Made by a program: the position numbers and the translations under genes. Below are positions 10,696 through 19,645 of a stretch of DNA of 64,000 nucleotides, in pieces. The DNA lies in contig CAYUKQ010000001.1 in NCBI GenBank assembly GCA_964445355.1, positions 12,277-76,276 on the forward strand, given 5' to 3'. Position 1 is the first letter of the stretch; every line of letters begins with the position of its first letter. Below the pieces are notes generated by a model that saw only the letters and a program-made list of their open reading frames with translations, was not told the origin of the DNA and made no database searches. The stretch is from an uncultured Gammaproteobacteria bacterium. GTDB lineage: Bacteria; Patescibacteriota; Microgenomatia; CAYQLK01.

Positions 10696-11880
10696 ATGTC
10701 GCCAGAAAAAAAAGATTTCGTTTCCGAATGGGTCAAAACCCCCAGATCTGCAGAGGAATTCACTCAAAATTTTGAAAAGTCGCGTGTGGTTCATGGTCGA
10801 CCGTTAGCACACGCATACCAAAAACTCGTCGAAATTGAAGGTTTAAATAAAACCGACCTTCTTTGTCTGGGGATCGGGACCGCCAAGGTCGAAGAGATGA
10901 TGAGGCTTGATTCCGCTCGTATAACCGCGATCGAATTTAATGAGTCCTATATTGCTAAAGCCAAAACTCGTCTTCCCAGGGCGAAATTTTTACAGGGAAG
11001 AATGGAAGATTTAATTCAGTCCGTCGATCCGTCATCAATTTGCCTCAGTCAGGAATCGCTTGATTGTATTCCTCCTGCTCAACTTCCCGAGCTGGTCGGC
11101 AGGATCAAACAAAAGACCGGTAAGCTGGTTGCTATTCAGACTTACAGTCCTGATCCGGAATTTTACGGATCCTCCTGGTCTGGAGCAGATCACGCCATTG
11201 GTGGTCTGGGTCTTGAAGGTGCAACAATACAACAGCAAAAAGTTTTAGAAACCAAATTGAACAATCAAGGTGTTCAATCGACGCTAGATAACCCTCGAAG
11301 AATGCTTAGTGAATTACAAAAATATGTTGAAAATATTATTGGAGCAAGATTCAGTATCGATATTGTAGAGGCACTTGAACACATTGGTTACCCATTTACT
11401 GATCTTCCCAAAGAGGCAGGGCTTCGCAGTCTGCCAGCTCAAGCCTCGCTTTTACTCAATCACACTGAATTACAAGTTGAACACCTTAAAAACGTTTTAG
11501 GTAGACATCTAGCGAATCGCCATCGAGAGGCTGGTCTTTATATTGGTATTGACACCACTCATCGCTTCCTCCAATTGTTATTAGGAACATTTCGAATTGA
11601 TCTGTTTCAACAGCTTTTAGTCCGAGCTTGCCAAGAAGCAGGTTACTGCGACATACGCTTAAAATCTATCAATGCTTCTGAAAAAAGGACCCTAGAACCT
11701 TCTGAATTAGTTGCTCAGTTTAACCGTTCATTGGATGTAATTAAGAAAAAACCAGTTTTCCGACGGATCAGGCCTGACGATAAGTATAGTCGTGCCTTTG
11801 TTGGCTCGCCAATTATTCTCATGGAACCATCTGACAATACTTACTCAATAGCCAGAGTACCTTACTTATCGGCGGCGTGA
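10696..11880 (+). CDS. Class I SAM-methyltransferase-like protein with large C-terminal extension
   Basis: Degenerate motif I (LCLGIGTA), TAIEFN, FLQGRMED. Confidence 0.55.
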   Translation: MSPEKKDFVSEWVKTPRSAEEFTQNFEKSRVVHGRPLAHAYQKLVEIEGLNKTDLLCLGIGTAKVEEMMRLDSARITAIEFNESYIAKAKTRLPRAKFLQGRMEDLIQSVDPSSICLSQESLDCIPPAQLPELVGRIKQKTGKLVAIQTYSPDPEFYGSSWSGADHAIGGLGLEGATIQQQKVLETKLNNQGVQSTLDNPRRMLSELQKYVENIIGARFSIDIVEALEHIGYPFTDLPKEAGLRSLPAQASLLLNHTELQVEHLKNVLGRHLANRHREAGLYIGIDTTHRFLQLLLGTFRIDLFQQLLVRACQEAGYCDIRLKSINASEKRTLEPSELVAQFNRSLDVIKKKPVFRRIRPDDKYSRAFVGSPIILMEPSDNTYSIARVPYLSAA

Positions 11881-13431
11881 TTTTTTTGATACGACATCGG
11901 TACCAATTGCTTGAGTGATATTCGCATATCCATCGCTTTTGATTAATTCACTAAGTCCATAATTAATCTGCATAATTAATTGTGGGCCAACAAACACCAT
12001 TCCCGTGATCAGCTGAACTAAGCTGGCACCATTTTTTATTTTTGTATAAGCATCTTCAGCCGAAAAAACGCCTCCACATCCGACAATAATAAAACGCGTG
12101 CCGTAATTTTTGTAAGCAAGTTTAATTAGCTTATTGGAGTCATCAAACGTTGGTCTCCCGCTGAAATAACCCTGTTTGAACTTAGCTACCTCACTTTTGT
12201 CAAGCAGAGGGTGTTTTTTGTTTTTTTGTAAATTTCCAAAAATTACACCGACAGGGGAGTGTTTAGCAATAACCTTTAACATCTCCAGTGTTTCTTTCTC
12301 TGTTTTCTCGATCGGCATTTTGACAAAGACGGGTTTAGATAATTTTAAGCTGTCAATTGCAGTAAGTAATGCTGAAAGATTTTTCGATGAATAAAATTCC
12401 ACATTTCCCGACAAATTCGGACAGCTGATATTTAATTCATAATAAGCGTGTTTAACTTTTGATTTTTCTACTACGCTAAAGGCCGCAACAATATCCTCAA
12501 CACTTTGTTTTTGCGTCAATTTATCCGTGTTTGTTCTACCAATGCTAATACCAACCGGGATACCAAATACCTCACCTTTAAGTTTTTTACTAACTACTTC
12601 AACACCCTGATTCTTAAATCCTTTATTGACCATTAGTGATCTCGACTTAATCAATCGACCCAGCATCGGTCGGGGATTCCCGTCATACGCTCCATTTGTC
12701 AATGTTCCCATCGATTGGAAACCAAAACCCCAAGGTGCCAGTGACTTGCCAAGCTTAGCTTCATAGTCGAACCCCGCTGCCAGTCCAATTGGGTAATTAA
12801 AATTAAGTCCAGCGACTTTTTGTTTTAATTCCGGCAAATCGGACCTGATCAGGGAAGCAACAAGCCATCTTGAAACACTCATTCTGCCCACGCTTGCACC
12901 CAGTCCGGTCACAACTATGTGCACCATTTCTGGGTCAAAAGCAAAAAATATTCGTTTAATTACATATCGATAAGTCAGTCTGAATACATCTAAGATCAAT
13001 AATTTTCTTTCTCTTCCAAAATAAGCTTGCATGAATGCAAAAATAAAAGTCGAAACGAACGCGGAAACCATGCAATAGATACAAATCCCTTTTATGACTG
13101 CGAACTGCAGATAAACAAAATACATTGAGAATCCAAAACCTACCAAGGATTGAGCTACCGCCAACTTACCAGCTATTATTCGATATTTTGTTAAGCTAAA
13201 TAATAGCAATACTGTCAGCGCCAAGTACTGAATAATTCCCCAGACAGGCAAGGGAACTCCAAGCATTACCGAATACTGGCTTCGCAAAACTCTTCCACAA
13301 TCGACAAACAAAAAAGAACTGGTCGTGCACGGTGGCAAGGTTCCAGCAAAATGTTCATGTGCCAGATAAATTGCGTCTCCAAGCCCAAATATTGTAAGTG
13401 CCAGCAAAGTTACCAATACAAACTTCCTCAT
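11866..13431 (-). CDS. pyrD: VKOR domain fused to quinone-type dihydroorotate dehydrogenase
   Basis: N-terminal C...C-x-x-V-L-x-S-x-Y-S and CIYC (VKOR); C-terminal GLAAGFD, GNPRP, NISCPN, KMP, GCGGV, ASLVQLITG (DHODH). Confidence 0.88.
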   Translation of the reverse strand: MRKFVLVTLLALTIFGLGDAIYLAHEHFAGTLPPCTTSSFLFVDCGRVLRSQYSVMLGVPLPVWGIIQYLALTVLLLFSLTKYRIIAGKLAVAQSLVGFGFSMYFVYLQFAVIKGICIYCMVSAFVSTFIFAFMQAYFGRERKLLILDVFRLTYRYVIKRIFFAFDPEMVHIVVTGLGASVGRMSVSRWLVASLIRSDLPELKQKVAGLNFNYPIGLAAGFDYEAKLGKSLAPWGFGFQSMGTLTNGAYDGNPRPMLGRLIKSRSLMVNKGFKNQGVEVVSKKLKGEVFGIPVGISIGRTNTDKLTQKQSVEDIVAAFSVVEKSKVKHAYYELNISCPNLSGNVEFYSSKNLSALLTAIDSLKLSKPVFVKMPIEKTEKETLEMLKVIAKHSPVGVIFGNLQKNKKHPLLDKSEVAKFKQGYFSGRPTFDDSNKLIKLAYKNYGTRFIIVGCGGVFSAEDAYTKIKNGASLVQLITGMVFVGPQLIMQINYGLSELIKSDGYANITQAIGTDVVSKKSRRR

Positions 13432-13533
13432 ACTTTTATCTATTTAATTTCAACAGAAAATATTCTACCAGACCACACTCAAAAACAACCTTAATAGGCA
13501 TTACGGTTACACTTTACCTGATTAAGACAAAGA

Positions 13534-14028
13534 TTATTTTACTTTTTTACTCTCTCCGATAGTCGGCTTGATCAATTTGAGATATCCGAGTAGCAGCGAA
13601 ACAACCAGCCCGACTGTTACAATTAAGAATAAGAATTTCATATTTTCTGCCCCAAAACCCCTGATCGTTCCATACAATAGTGTCAGTACACCACCCAACA
13701 GAATCCCGTCAGCAATTAGTAATATTGTTCTGAACAAAGTCAGGCTCGTTATCACCATTATTACTGCTGCGACTACTGCAATTGTCGATACATTTCGGGA
13801 GTAGTTCTGCTCTGTGGTCCTGTATTCCCTCTCGACCTTGTCAAATTCTTCTGATTGTCTCTTGTAGTCGGCACAACCCTCAGCATCCTTGAGGTCAACC
13901 GAACAATACTTCAACATCGCCGGCATCTCCGGATATTTTGGACTGGGATAAAAAGCCGCGATACCGACACCCACAAAAACCGCTAAAAATATTCCGACAA
14001 AAAAAGTATAAACAACTCTTAAGATCAT
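13534..14028 (-). CDS. Hypothetical 4-TM membrane protein
   Basis: Hydrophobic helices with a Cys-containing extracellular loop; ATG at 14028 preferred. Confidence 0.7.
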   Translation of the reverse strand: MILRVVYTFFVGIFLAVFVGVGIAAFYPSPKYPEMPAMLKYCSVDLKDAEGCADYKRQSEEFDKVEREYRTTEQNYSRNVSTIAVVAAVIMVITSLTLFRTILLIADGILLGGVLTLLYGTIRGFGAENMKFLFLIVTVGLVVSLLLGYLKLIKPTIGESKKVK

Positions 14029-14113
14029 AGCTGTATCTAACAGCAATTATACATCCAGACATTGTTCAATAACTTTCTGAACTGACCACTTTGCAGTCAG
14101 TCAGACAATTTTG

Positions 14114-14184
14114 CTGCGGGACAGGGATTCGAACCCCAATACCACCCTCCAGAGGGGCGTGTCCTACCATTAGACGATCCCGCA
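14114..14184 (-). tRNA. tRNA-Gln (anticodon CTG)
   Basis: Reverse complement TGCGGGATCGTCTAATGGTAGGACACGCCCCTCTGGAGGGTGGTATTGGGGTTCGAATCCCTGTCCCGCAG folds as a cloverleaf; CCA not encoded. Confidence 0.95.
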
Positions 14185-14240
14185 AAAATTTTTTTTATAA
14201 CTTCTGTCTAATAGGAAGGTTCTGACTTTAGTCAGGTTCT

Positions 14241-14260
14241 TACCATTAGACGATCCCGCA
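14241..14260 (-). repeat. Exact 20-bp duplicate of the tRNA-Gln 5' end
   Basis: TACCATTAGACGATCCCGCA occurs at 14165-14184 and 14241-14260. Confidence 0.9.
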
Positions 14261-14352
14261 TTGTGCTTAAATTTTATATTTCATCACAGGCTCGGCAATT
14301 ATACCCGAAACCACCCGTCTTTTGAATTAAGGCTATTTGAAGCTAAGGGTCC

Positions 14353-14381
14353 TTGACAATTATACTATCCTATAGTATAAT
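14353..14381 (+). promoter_or_regulatory. Consensus sigma70 promoter
   Basis: TTGACA-17bp-TATAAT. Confidence 0.85.
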
Positions 14382-14418
14382 TACCAACAGTTCTTTAAAA
14401 AAGGAAGGTCTGAACAAG

Positions 14419-14853
14419 TTGATCGAAACCCTCAGGAAGCCGCCCCGTGCGCTCAAGATCTACTACCTCGTCCTCGCCGCCTTCTTCGCGGTCTGGGCGG
14501 GCACAATTGCCGGGCAAGCCCCGGACAGCAACACGACCGCCGGCATCATCGCCGTCTGGTTCGGCTACGCCTTCGTTCCGGTCATCGCTCTGGCGTTCGC
14601 GACCGAGTCGCGCCGACCCGTCCTCACCCAGGTCATTCTCTGCTCGAGCGGGAGTGTACTGATCCTGGCAGGGTGGGTGATCGGATACGATTCGGTCAAC
14701 GATCCAGCGCCAATGGTCTGGTACGAGCCGATCATCTTTGTCGCAATCGCGGCGTTGATGGTCTTCCCGATGATGGTCTTCACCCTCATCTACCTCGGCA
14801 TCAGCAAGCTCGCCGGCCACTTCGGCCTCATCCCTACCTTCCTCAGAGCCTAG
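14419..14853 (+). CDS. GC-rich 4-TM hypothetical membrane protein
   Basis: SD AAGGAAGG before TTG 14419; strong GC3 bias; hydrophobic helices. Confidence 0.7.
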   Translation: MIETLRKPPRALKIYYLVLAAFFAVWAGTIAGQAPDSNTTAGIIAVWFGYAFVPVIALAFATESRRPVLTQVILCSSGSVLILAGWVIGYDSVNDPAPMVWYEPIIFVAIAALMVFPMMVFTLIYLGISKLAGHFGLIPTFLRA

Positions 14854-14930
14854 GCAGCCTCACCAGGAGACTGCCAAAGCTCAAAGATCGACTAGGTCGG
14901 GAGCTAAACAAGCTCCCACCTCCCGCTTCA

Positions 14931-14968
14931 GCCCCCGCTCCAAAACCAGTTGGACGGGGGCCTTTTTT
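14931..14968 (+). terminator. Intrinsic terminator
   Basis: GCCCCCGCTCCAA / TTGGACGGGGGC stem followed by T6. Confidence 0.8.
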
Positions 14969-14989
14969 GCTAAAATACCTAAAAAACAT

Positions 14990-15499
14990 ATGTCTGCACA
15001 AAAAATTTCTCTCGACCAAGCCAAAAAAGACAAGTTGTTCTATGTCGTGGCCAACGTTGTCGTCTATCGACCTTCAGACCGACGGTGTCTGCTACTCAAA
15101 CGTTCAGACAATGAAAAGGTCCATCCCAGCAAGTACGCAGTTTGCGGAGGTAAGCTTGAATGGTCAGACCTAGATATTACTCACCCCACGAGAGTCAATG
15201 GAGAAGTGCTTGATTATCAAGACGCGCTAGAAAAACTACTCAACCGTGAAGTTTTCGAAGAGGCAGGTATTAAGATCAAACAAGAATTGAAATACATCAA
15301 TAATGTAGCCTACATTCGCCCCGACGGAATACCTGTCGTGCTACTCAAATTTGCTGCTGAATATCTGTCCGGCGAGGTGGTATTAGAAAAGGGGAGTTTT
15401 AGCGATTATATTTGGGTCAATACCCAAGAGCTTAAAGATCTGGATTGTATTAGCGGAATCAAAGAAGAAGTAATACAAACCATCGATATTTTTGCATAA
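14990..15499 (+). CDS. NUDIX hydrolase
   Basis: GGKLE ... REVFEEAG Nudix box interrupted by an insertion. Confidence 0.85.
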   Translation: MSAQKISLDQAKKDKLFYVVANVVVYRPSDRRCLLLKRSDNEKVHPSKYAVCGGKLEWSDLDITHPTRVNGEVLDYQDALEKLLNREVFEEAGIKIKQELKYINNVAYIRPDGIPVVLLKFAAEYLSGEVVLEKGSFSDYIWVNTQELKDLDCISGIKEEVIQTIDIFA

Positions 15500-15645
15500 A
15501 AAACCCTCACAGCTTGTCATTTCTTGCGGGCATGTTTGTTCATCGAGATACAACTCTCATGTCGGGTTTGGTGTCGGTTGGGCAGCGAGTTTGGTAAGAA
15601 GTTTTTAACTATAGGATAAGTATCTGTCTCTGATAGAATTAAACG

Positions 15646-16218
15646 ATGACAGATTTGAATCGCTGCAAGTGGTGTCTAAGTTCAGACATTATGACGAAAT
15701 ATCACGATTTTGAGTGGGGAGTACCGCTTCACGATGATACTAAGCTTTTCGAATTCCTAGTTCTTGAGGGTGCGCAAGCTGGACTTAGTTGGAACACAAT
15801 ATTGAACAGGCGAGTAGGCTACAGAAAAGCTTTTGACAACTTCAATATTCCAAAAATCGCAAAATATACAGACACAGATTTTCAGCGACTCATTGGGGAC
15901 GCAGGGATCATTAGAAATAGACTGAAAATAAAGTCCGCAATTAATAACGCAAGTAGATTCCTTGAAGTACAACAAGAGTTCGGAAGCTTTGATCGATATA
16001 TTTGGGCTTTTACCAATTTTCAGTCCATTAATAATAAGTTCAAAAACGACTCTGATATTCCCCCATCCTCTCCCCTGTCTGACCAGATTTCAAAGGACTT
16101 AAAAAATAGGGGATTTACCTTCGTCGGAACCACGATTATTTATGCACATCTTCAAGCCACAGGCATGGTCAACGACCATCTGACTTCCTGTTTTCGTTAC
16201 GATCAGTTGATCAAATAA
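15646..16218 (+). CDS. tag: DNA-3-methyladenine glycosylase I
   Basis: RCxW, YHDxEWG, LEGAQAGLSW, IIRNRLKI, GMVNDH. Confidence 0.96.
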   Translation: MTDLNRCKWCLSSDIMTKYHDFEWGVPLHDDTKLFEFLVLEGAQAGLSWNTILNRRVGYRKAFDNFNIPKIAKYTDTDFQRLIGDAGIIRNRLKIKSAINNASRFLEVQQEFGSFDRYIWAFTNFQSINNKFKNDSDIPPSSPLSDQISKDLKNRGFTFVGTTIIYAHLQATGMVNDHLTSCFRYDQLIK

Positions 16219-16339
16219 AACTCAGAAAACACAATTACAAGATTGGCAAATAATTCAGCATTTCTTAAGTATTGATTCTTAATATCCACTTAAGCCGCCA
16301 TATATTTGACGGTTAACCATCTTAGATAACCAACAAAAT

Positions 16340-17200
16340 ATGTGTAGTAAGCGTAAACCGCTTAGTTTTGGATTTAGTTTCATCGAACTTATTGTCTCTA
16401 TAGGCATTTTTGGGGTATTAATTTCACTGATCATTGTCGCTGTCAATCCTGTAAGTCAATTTAAAAGAACTCGCGACGTGCAAAGAGCGTCTGATCTCAA
16501 AGCGATCCAAGTCGGGTTGGAGGCTTATAGGATAGCTAATAACTCTTACCCGTTATCCACACAAGATTTTAAAATTACCGGCACCGATTGGGGAGACAAA
16601 TGGGAGACCTATATGCAGCTTCCAGCCGACCCTTTGGAGGAATATAGTTATGCTTATGTTTCCCAGCTTGGAGACAGCTATCAAATTTATGCTCGGTTTG
16701 AAACCACTCCACCTCAGGAATTAGTCTGCACCCCAAACTGCGGACCGAACGGGCTGTACAATGCCGGTTTAGCCAGTGCAAATAGTTCACTTGCGGCAAT
16801 CATGTTCGTACCTTCACCGACACCAACCGCCACACCCACACCTACAGATCTTCCGCAAGGCAAAGTCTCGTATTTTGGAACTTCAGCAACTTACCCGAAG
16901 ATCATTCAGGTCGATTTTGATCCTCTCGATGTGCCGCTCAACCAGACACAATTACTGACTGCCAAAGTTTGGTCAGAAAATCCCGTTGAGACGGTTACGC
17001 TGCGCCTTGAATTGGATAACACGATTACCGAGACCTACCAGCTTGCCCAAACTTCAACAGTGATCATTAATGGAATATATCGCGATCTCTGGTCGATCAG
17101 TATTCCCCATACCGACAGTCATAATTCTCGGTATTCAGTGTATCTATCTGCCACAGACTCGCAAAGTAATAGTATAAATCCAGAAATAATTATCAGATAA
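16340..17200 (+). CDS. Type IV pilin/GspG-like protein with PT linker and C-terminal Ig-like extension
   Basis: GFSFIELIVSIGIFGVL prepilin motif; RDVQRASDL, LPADP; PSPTPTATPTP linker. Confidence 0.8.
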   Translation: MCSKRKPLSFGFSFIELIVSIGIFGVLISLIIVAVNPVSQFKRTRDVQRASDLKAIQVGLEAYRIANNSYPLSTQDFKITGTDWGDKWETYMQLPADPLEEYSYAYVSQLGDSYQIYARFETTPPQELVCTPNCGPNGLYNAGLASANSSLAAIMFVPSPTPTATPTPTDLPQGKVSYFGTSATYPKIIQVDFDPLDVPLNQTQLLTAKVWSENPVETVTLRLELDNTITETYQLAQTSTVIINGIYRDLWSISIPHTDSHNSRYSVYLSATDSQSNSINPEIIIR

Positions 17201-17202
17201 AA

Positions 17203-19317
17203 ATGTCTACCCAAAAAATCCTCACCATCAAACAATTAACCAAACACTTAACCAAAATATTGTTTGTGTTTGTCTTTTTAATGTTAGGTAGCATTGCAGT
17301 TGCAAAACTCAATTCTGTTTATGCGGTTTATAGTATTAATTCTGTAACTCCAACTTGTGTTGGAACGACTTCCTCGGTCTCGGTTAATTACAGTGTTGAC
17401 GGCCCAAACGGTGCCGCAGGCACAACAGACAATCCATACAATCAATACTCGACCATGTATGATTTTAGTCAATTCTTGTCTGGTACTTATTCCAGCACTT
17501 GGAACAAAGGCGGATTAGGATTTTCTGCCGGAGTAAGTTACACAATTCTTCTTCAGGACCGCAATTTAGGCTGGCCGTCAATGAACAAAGCATCCCAGGT
17601 GTTTACAGCCCTGAATTGTCAGACACCTCCTACTATTACCTCGCCTACCAAAACATCGTTCACCACCACCGGAGCCACACTTGGGGGAAATGTTACCTCA
17701 GCCGGCAATGGTACTTGGTCAAGCAGGGGAGTATGTGTCGGACTTTCAGCTAATCCTACGACTGGTTGTACCAGCACCAGTGGAACGACTGGAGTGTTTA
17801 CTGTCGCTGTCAGTGGTCTGAGCAGCAATACTCTCTATCACTACCGAGCCTACGCAGCCAGTTCGGCTGGCACGGTTTACACTACAGACGACACCTTTAC
17901 CACGCTCAATCCAAACACCCAACCGACCGTTGTCTCCGGGCCAACACTCAGCTATCAGAACAGTCGTTTCCGAACAGGTCCTAATACAACCTGGTCTCTT
18001 ACTTTGCGAGCTGATGATGCTGAGCAAACAGGTGCGAATGCCTTATCTTGGCAGTTACGTACAGCATCCGGCGGCGGCGGCACACTTATTACCAGCGGAA
18101 CGACGACTAGCGGCCAGACCAACAATTTCGGTAGCTTTGCCTATACACAAACAGGGGTCGTTGAAGGCAGTAATACCGTCTACTTAAGAATCTATGATGG
18201 GACCGCTTGGTCAAACGATTGGTTCAGTTGGTTGTACCGCGATACCGTCAATCCGACCAGTGCAACTTCTATTTCACACTCCCCTGCTAATGTTTCCACG
18301 GATAATAACTACACTGTGACCTTCACACCCAACGATGCTGCAAGTACTAATAGCAATGAGCTTATTGGGTATGTCTACACCGGACCCAACGGTACTGGTA
18401 CATATCTTACAGGCACGTCCGCAACCAGCGGACAATCCAAGACCACCTCAACGATTACAGATACCGCTCTGGTTCAAGGAAACAATACTCGTTATCTCAG
18501 GACCTGTGATGGGGCGAATAACTGCAGTGACACAAGTTTCACAGTTATCAAAAGTAGTACGGCTTCAATATCTTCACCGACCAAGAATTCGATCACGGTT
18601 TACGGAGCAAATCTCGGTGGTAACATCACTACTGACAATGGTAATACCATAACCGGTAGGGGTGTTTGTGTCGGAGCAAGCGCCGACCCTGCTATAGGTG
18701 GAAACTGTATAGGTACAACCGGAACTACTGGAATATTTAGCGTACTTTTTACCAATCTCACCGGCGCAACGACCTACCACTACCGTGCTTACGCTACCAA
18801 CTCCGCCGGTACGGTGTATACAACAGATGACACTTTTATAACAATCACTCCGGCCACAGGATGTACATTCCCGATCTCCGGTGATGTCTCAATCAACTCC
18901 ACCTGCAACATCCCTACCAACGGACTTACCGTATCAACAACACAGTTAAGGCTTGTTGGTTCAGACACAGGCAGTATTCAAATGCTGGCTGATATGACGG
19001 TTAATCCGGGCAGCATTCTTGTTTGGGGTCCGGGAAAACAAATTGTCCGAGCTCCTGGTGTAACAATGTTTAACGCTACCGGAACACAAATTACCCAAAA
19101 ATATATCTGCCTCTATGATCCGGATTCCGATGGTGTGCCTAATGACTACATCGTCAACACTCAAGGCGGGACCGCAGTACTGCAAGACAGCTCAAGCTGT
19201 GGAACGAACTACATTCGTCCAAACTCATTGAATGCGGCATTTTTAGAATTCAATAGTGCGGTCAAAGACCTCGCTCCAGACGATGGATTGTGTTTTGACA
19301 GTGCAACATGTAATTAG
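17203..19317 (+). CDS. Large secreted Thr/Gly-rich surface protein with FN3-like repeats
   Basis: Signal/TM segment; two copies of GGNxTx...RGVCVG...YHYRAYAxxSAGTVYTTDDTF. Confidence 0.8.
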   Translation: MSTQKILTIKQLTKHLTKILFVFVFLMLGSIAVAKLNSVYAVYSINSVTPTCVGTTSSVSVNYSVDGPNGAAGTTDNPYNQYSTMYDFSQFLSGTYSSTWNKGGLGFSAGVSYTILLQDRNLGWPSMNKASQVFTALNCQTPPTITSPTKTSFTTTGATLGGNVTSAGNGTWSSRGVCVGLSANPTTGCTSTSGTTGVFTVAVSGLSSNTLYHYRAYAASSAGTVYTTDDTFTTLNPNTQPTVVSGPTLSYQNSRFRTGPNTTWSLTLRADDAEQTGANALSWQLRTASGGGGTLITSGTTTSGQTNNFGSFAYTQTGVVEGSNTVYLRIYDGTAWSNDWFSWLYRDTVNPTSATSISHSPANVSTDNNYTVTFTPNDAASTNSNELIGYVYTGPNGTGTYLTGTSATSGQSKTTSTITDTALVQGNNTRYLRTCDGANNCSDTSFTVIKSSTASISSPTKNSITVYGANLGGNITTDNGNTITGRGVCVGASADPAIGGNCIGTTGTTGIFSVLFTNLTGATTYHYRAYATNSAGTVYTTDDTFITITPATGCTFPISGDVSINSTCNIPTNGLTVSTTQLRLVGSDTGSIQMLADMTVNPGSILVWGPGKQIVRAPGVTMFNATGTQITQKYICLYDPDSDGVPNDYIVNTQGGTAVLQDSSSCGTNYIRPNSLNAAFLEFNSAVKDLAPDDGLCFDSATCN

Positions 19318-19326
19318 AAACAATCA

Positions 19327-19354
19327 TTGACAATCCGTAGCTTTTTGCTACAAT
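19327..19354 (+). promoter_or_regulatory. sigma70 promoter of the RiPP locus
   Basis: TTGACA-16bp-TACAAT with extended -10 TG. Confidence 0.7.
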
Positions 19355-19366
19355 CCTATCTCAACA

Positions 19367-19618
19367 ATGAAAGACAAACCAAGGTTGTGTTTGTTAAATA
19401 TTCATAAGTCCACGGGTTCCCGAGCAGTCGCTCGGGTTTTTTTTGATCAAATTTCCCTTCAATCGCTCAAAAACAGCAAAGAGTTTGAGCCGTTTAACCC
19501 CCAGGAACTGCAGTCAATTTTGAGTCTTAATTTCCAAAACCTATCTGCCTTTAGTAGTTCCAACTCATCCAGTTGCGCAGCTTGTTCTCACAGTGGCTGT
19601 CACGGTAATTGCAGATAA
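19367..19618 (+). CDS. Candidate RiPP precursor peptide 1 (Ser/Cys-rich C-terminus)
   Basis: Ends AFSSSNSSSCAACSHSGCHGNCR; lies upstream of YcaO. Confidence 0.65.
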   Translation: MKDKPRLCLLNIHKSTGSRAVARVFFDQISLQSLKNSKEFEPFNPQELQSILSLNFQNLSAFSSSNSSSCAACSHSGCHGNCR

Positions 19619-19645
19619 ATATTTGAAAGGAGGTGAAAATAAAAA

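Noticed and set aside
14395-15173. Alternative-frame ORFs over the GC-rich gene (141, 71, 74 and 166 aa)
   Set aside because: Shadow ORFs caused by scarcity of stop codons in GC-rich DNA; only 14419-14853 has promoter, SD and terminator support
15510-15600. Short GC-richer intergenic stretch between the NUDIX gene and tag
   Set aside because: No convincing ORF, repeat or structure; could be a gene remnant but unsupported
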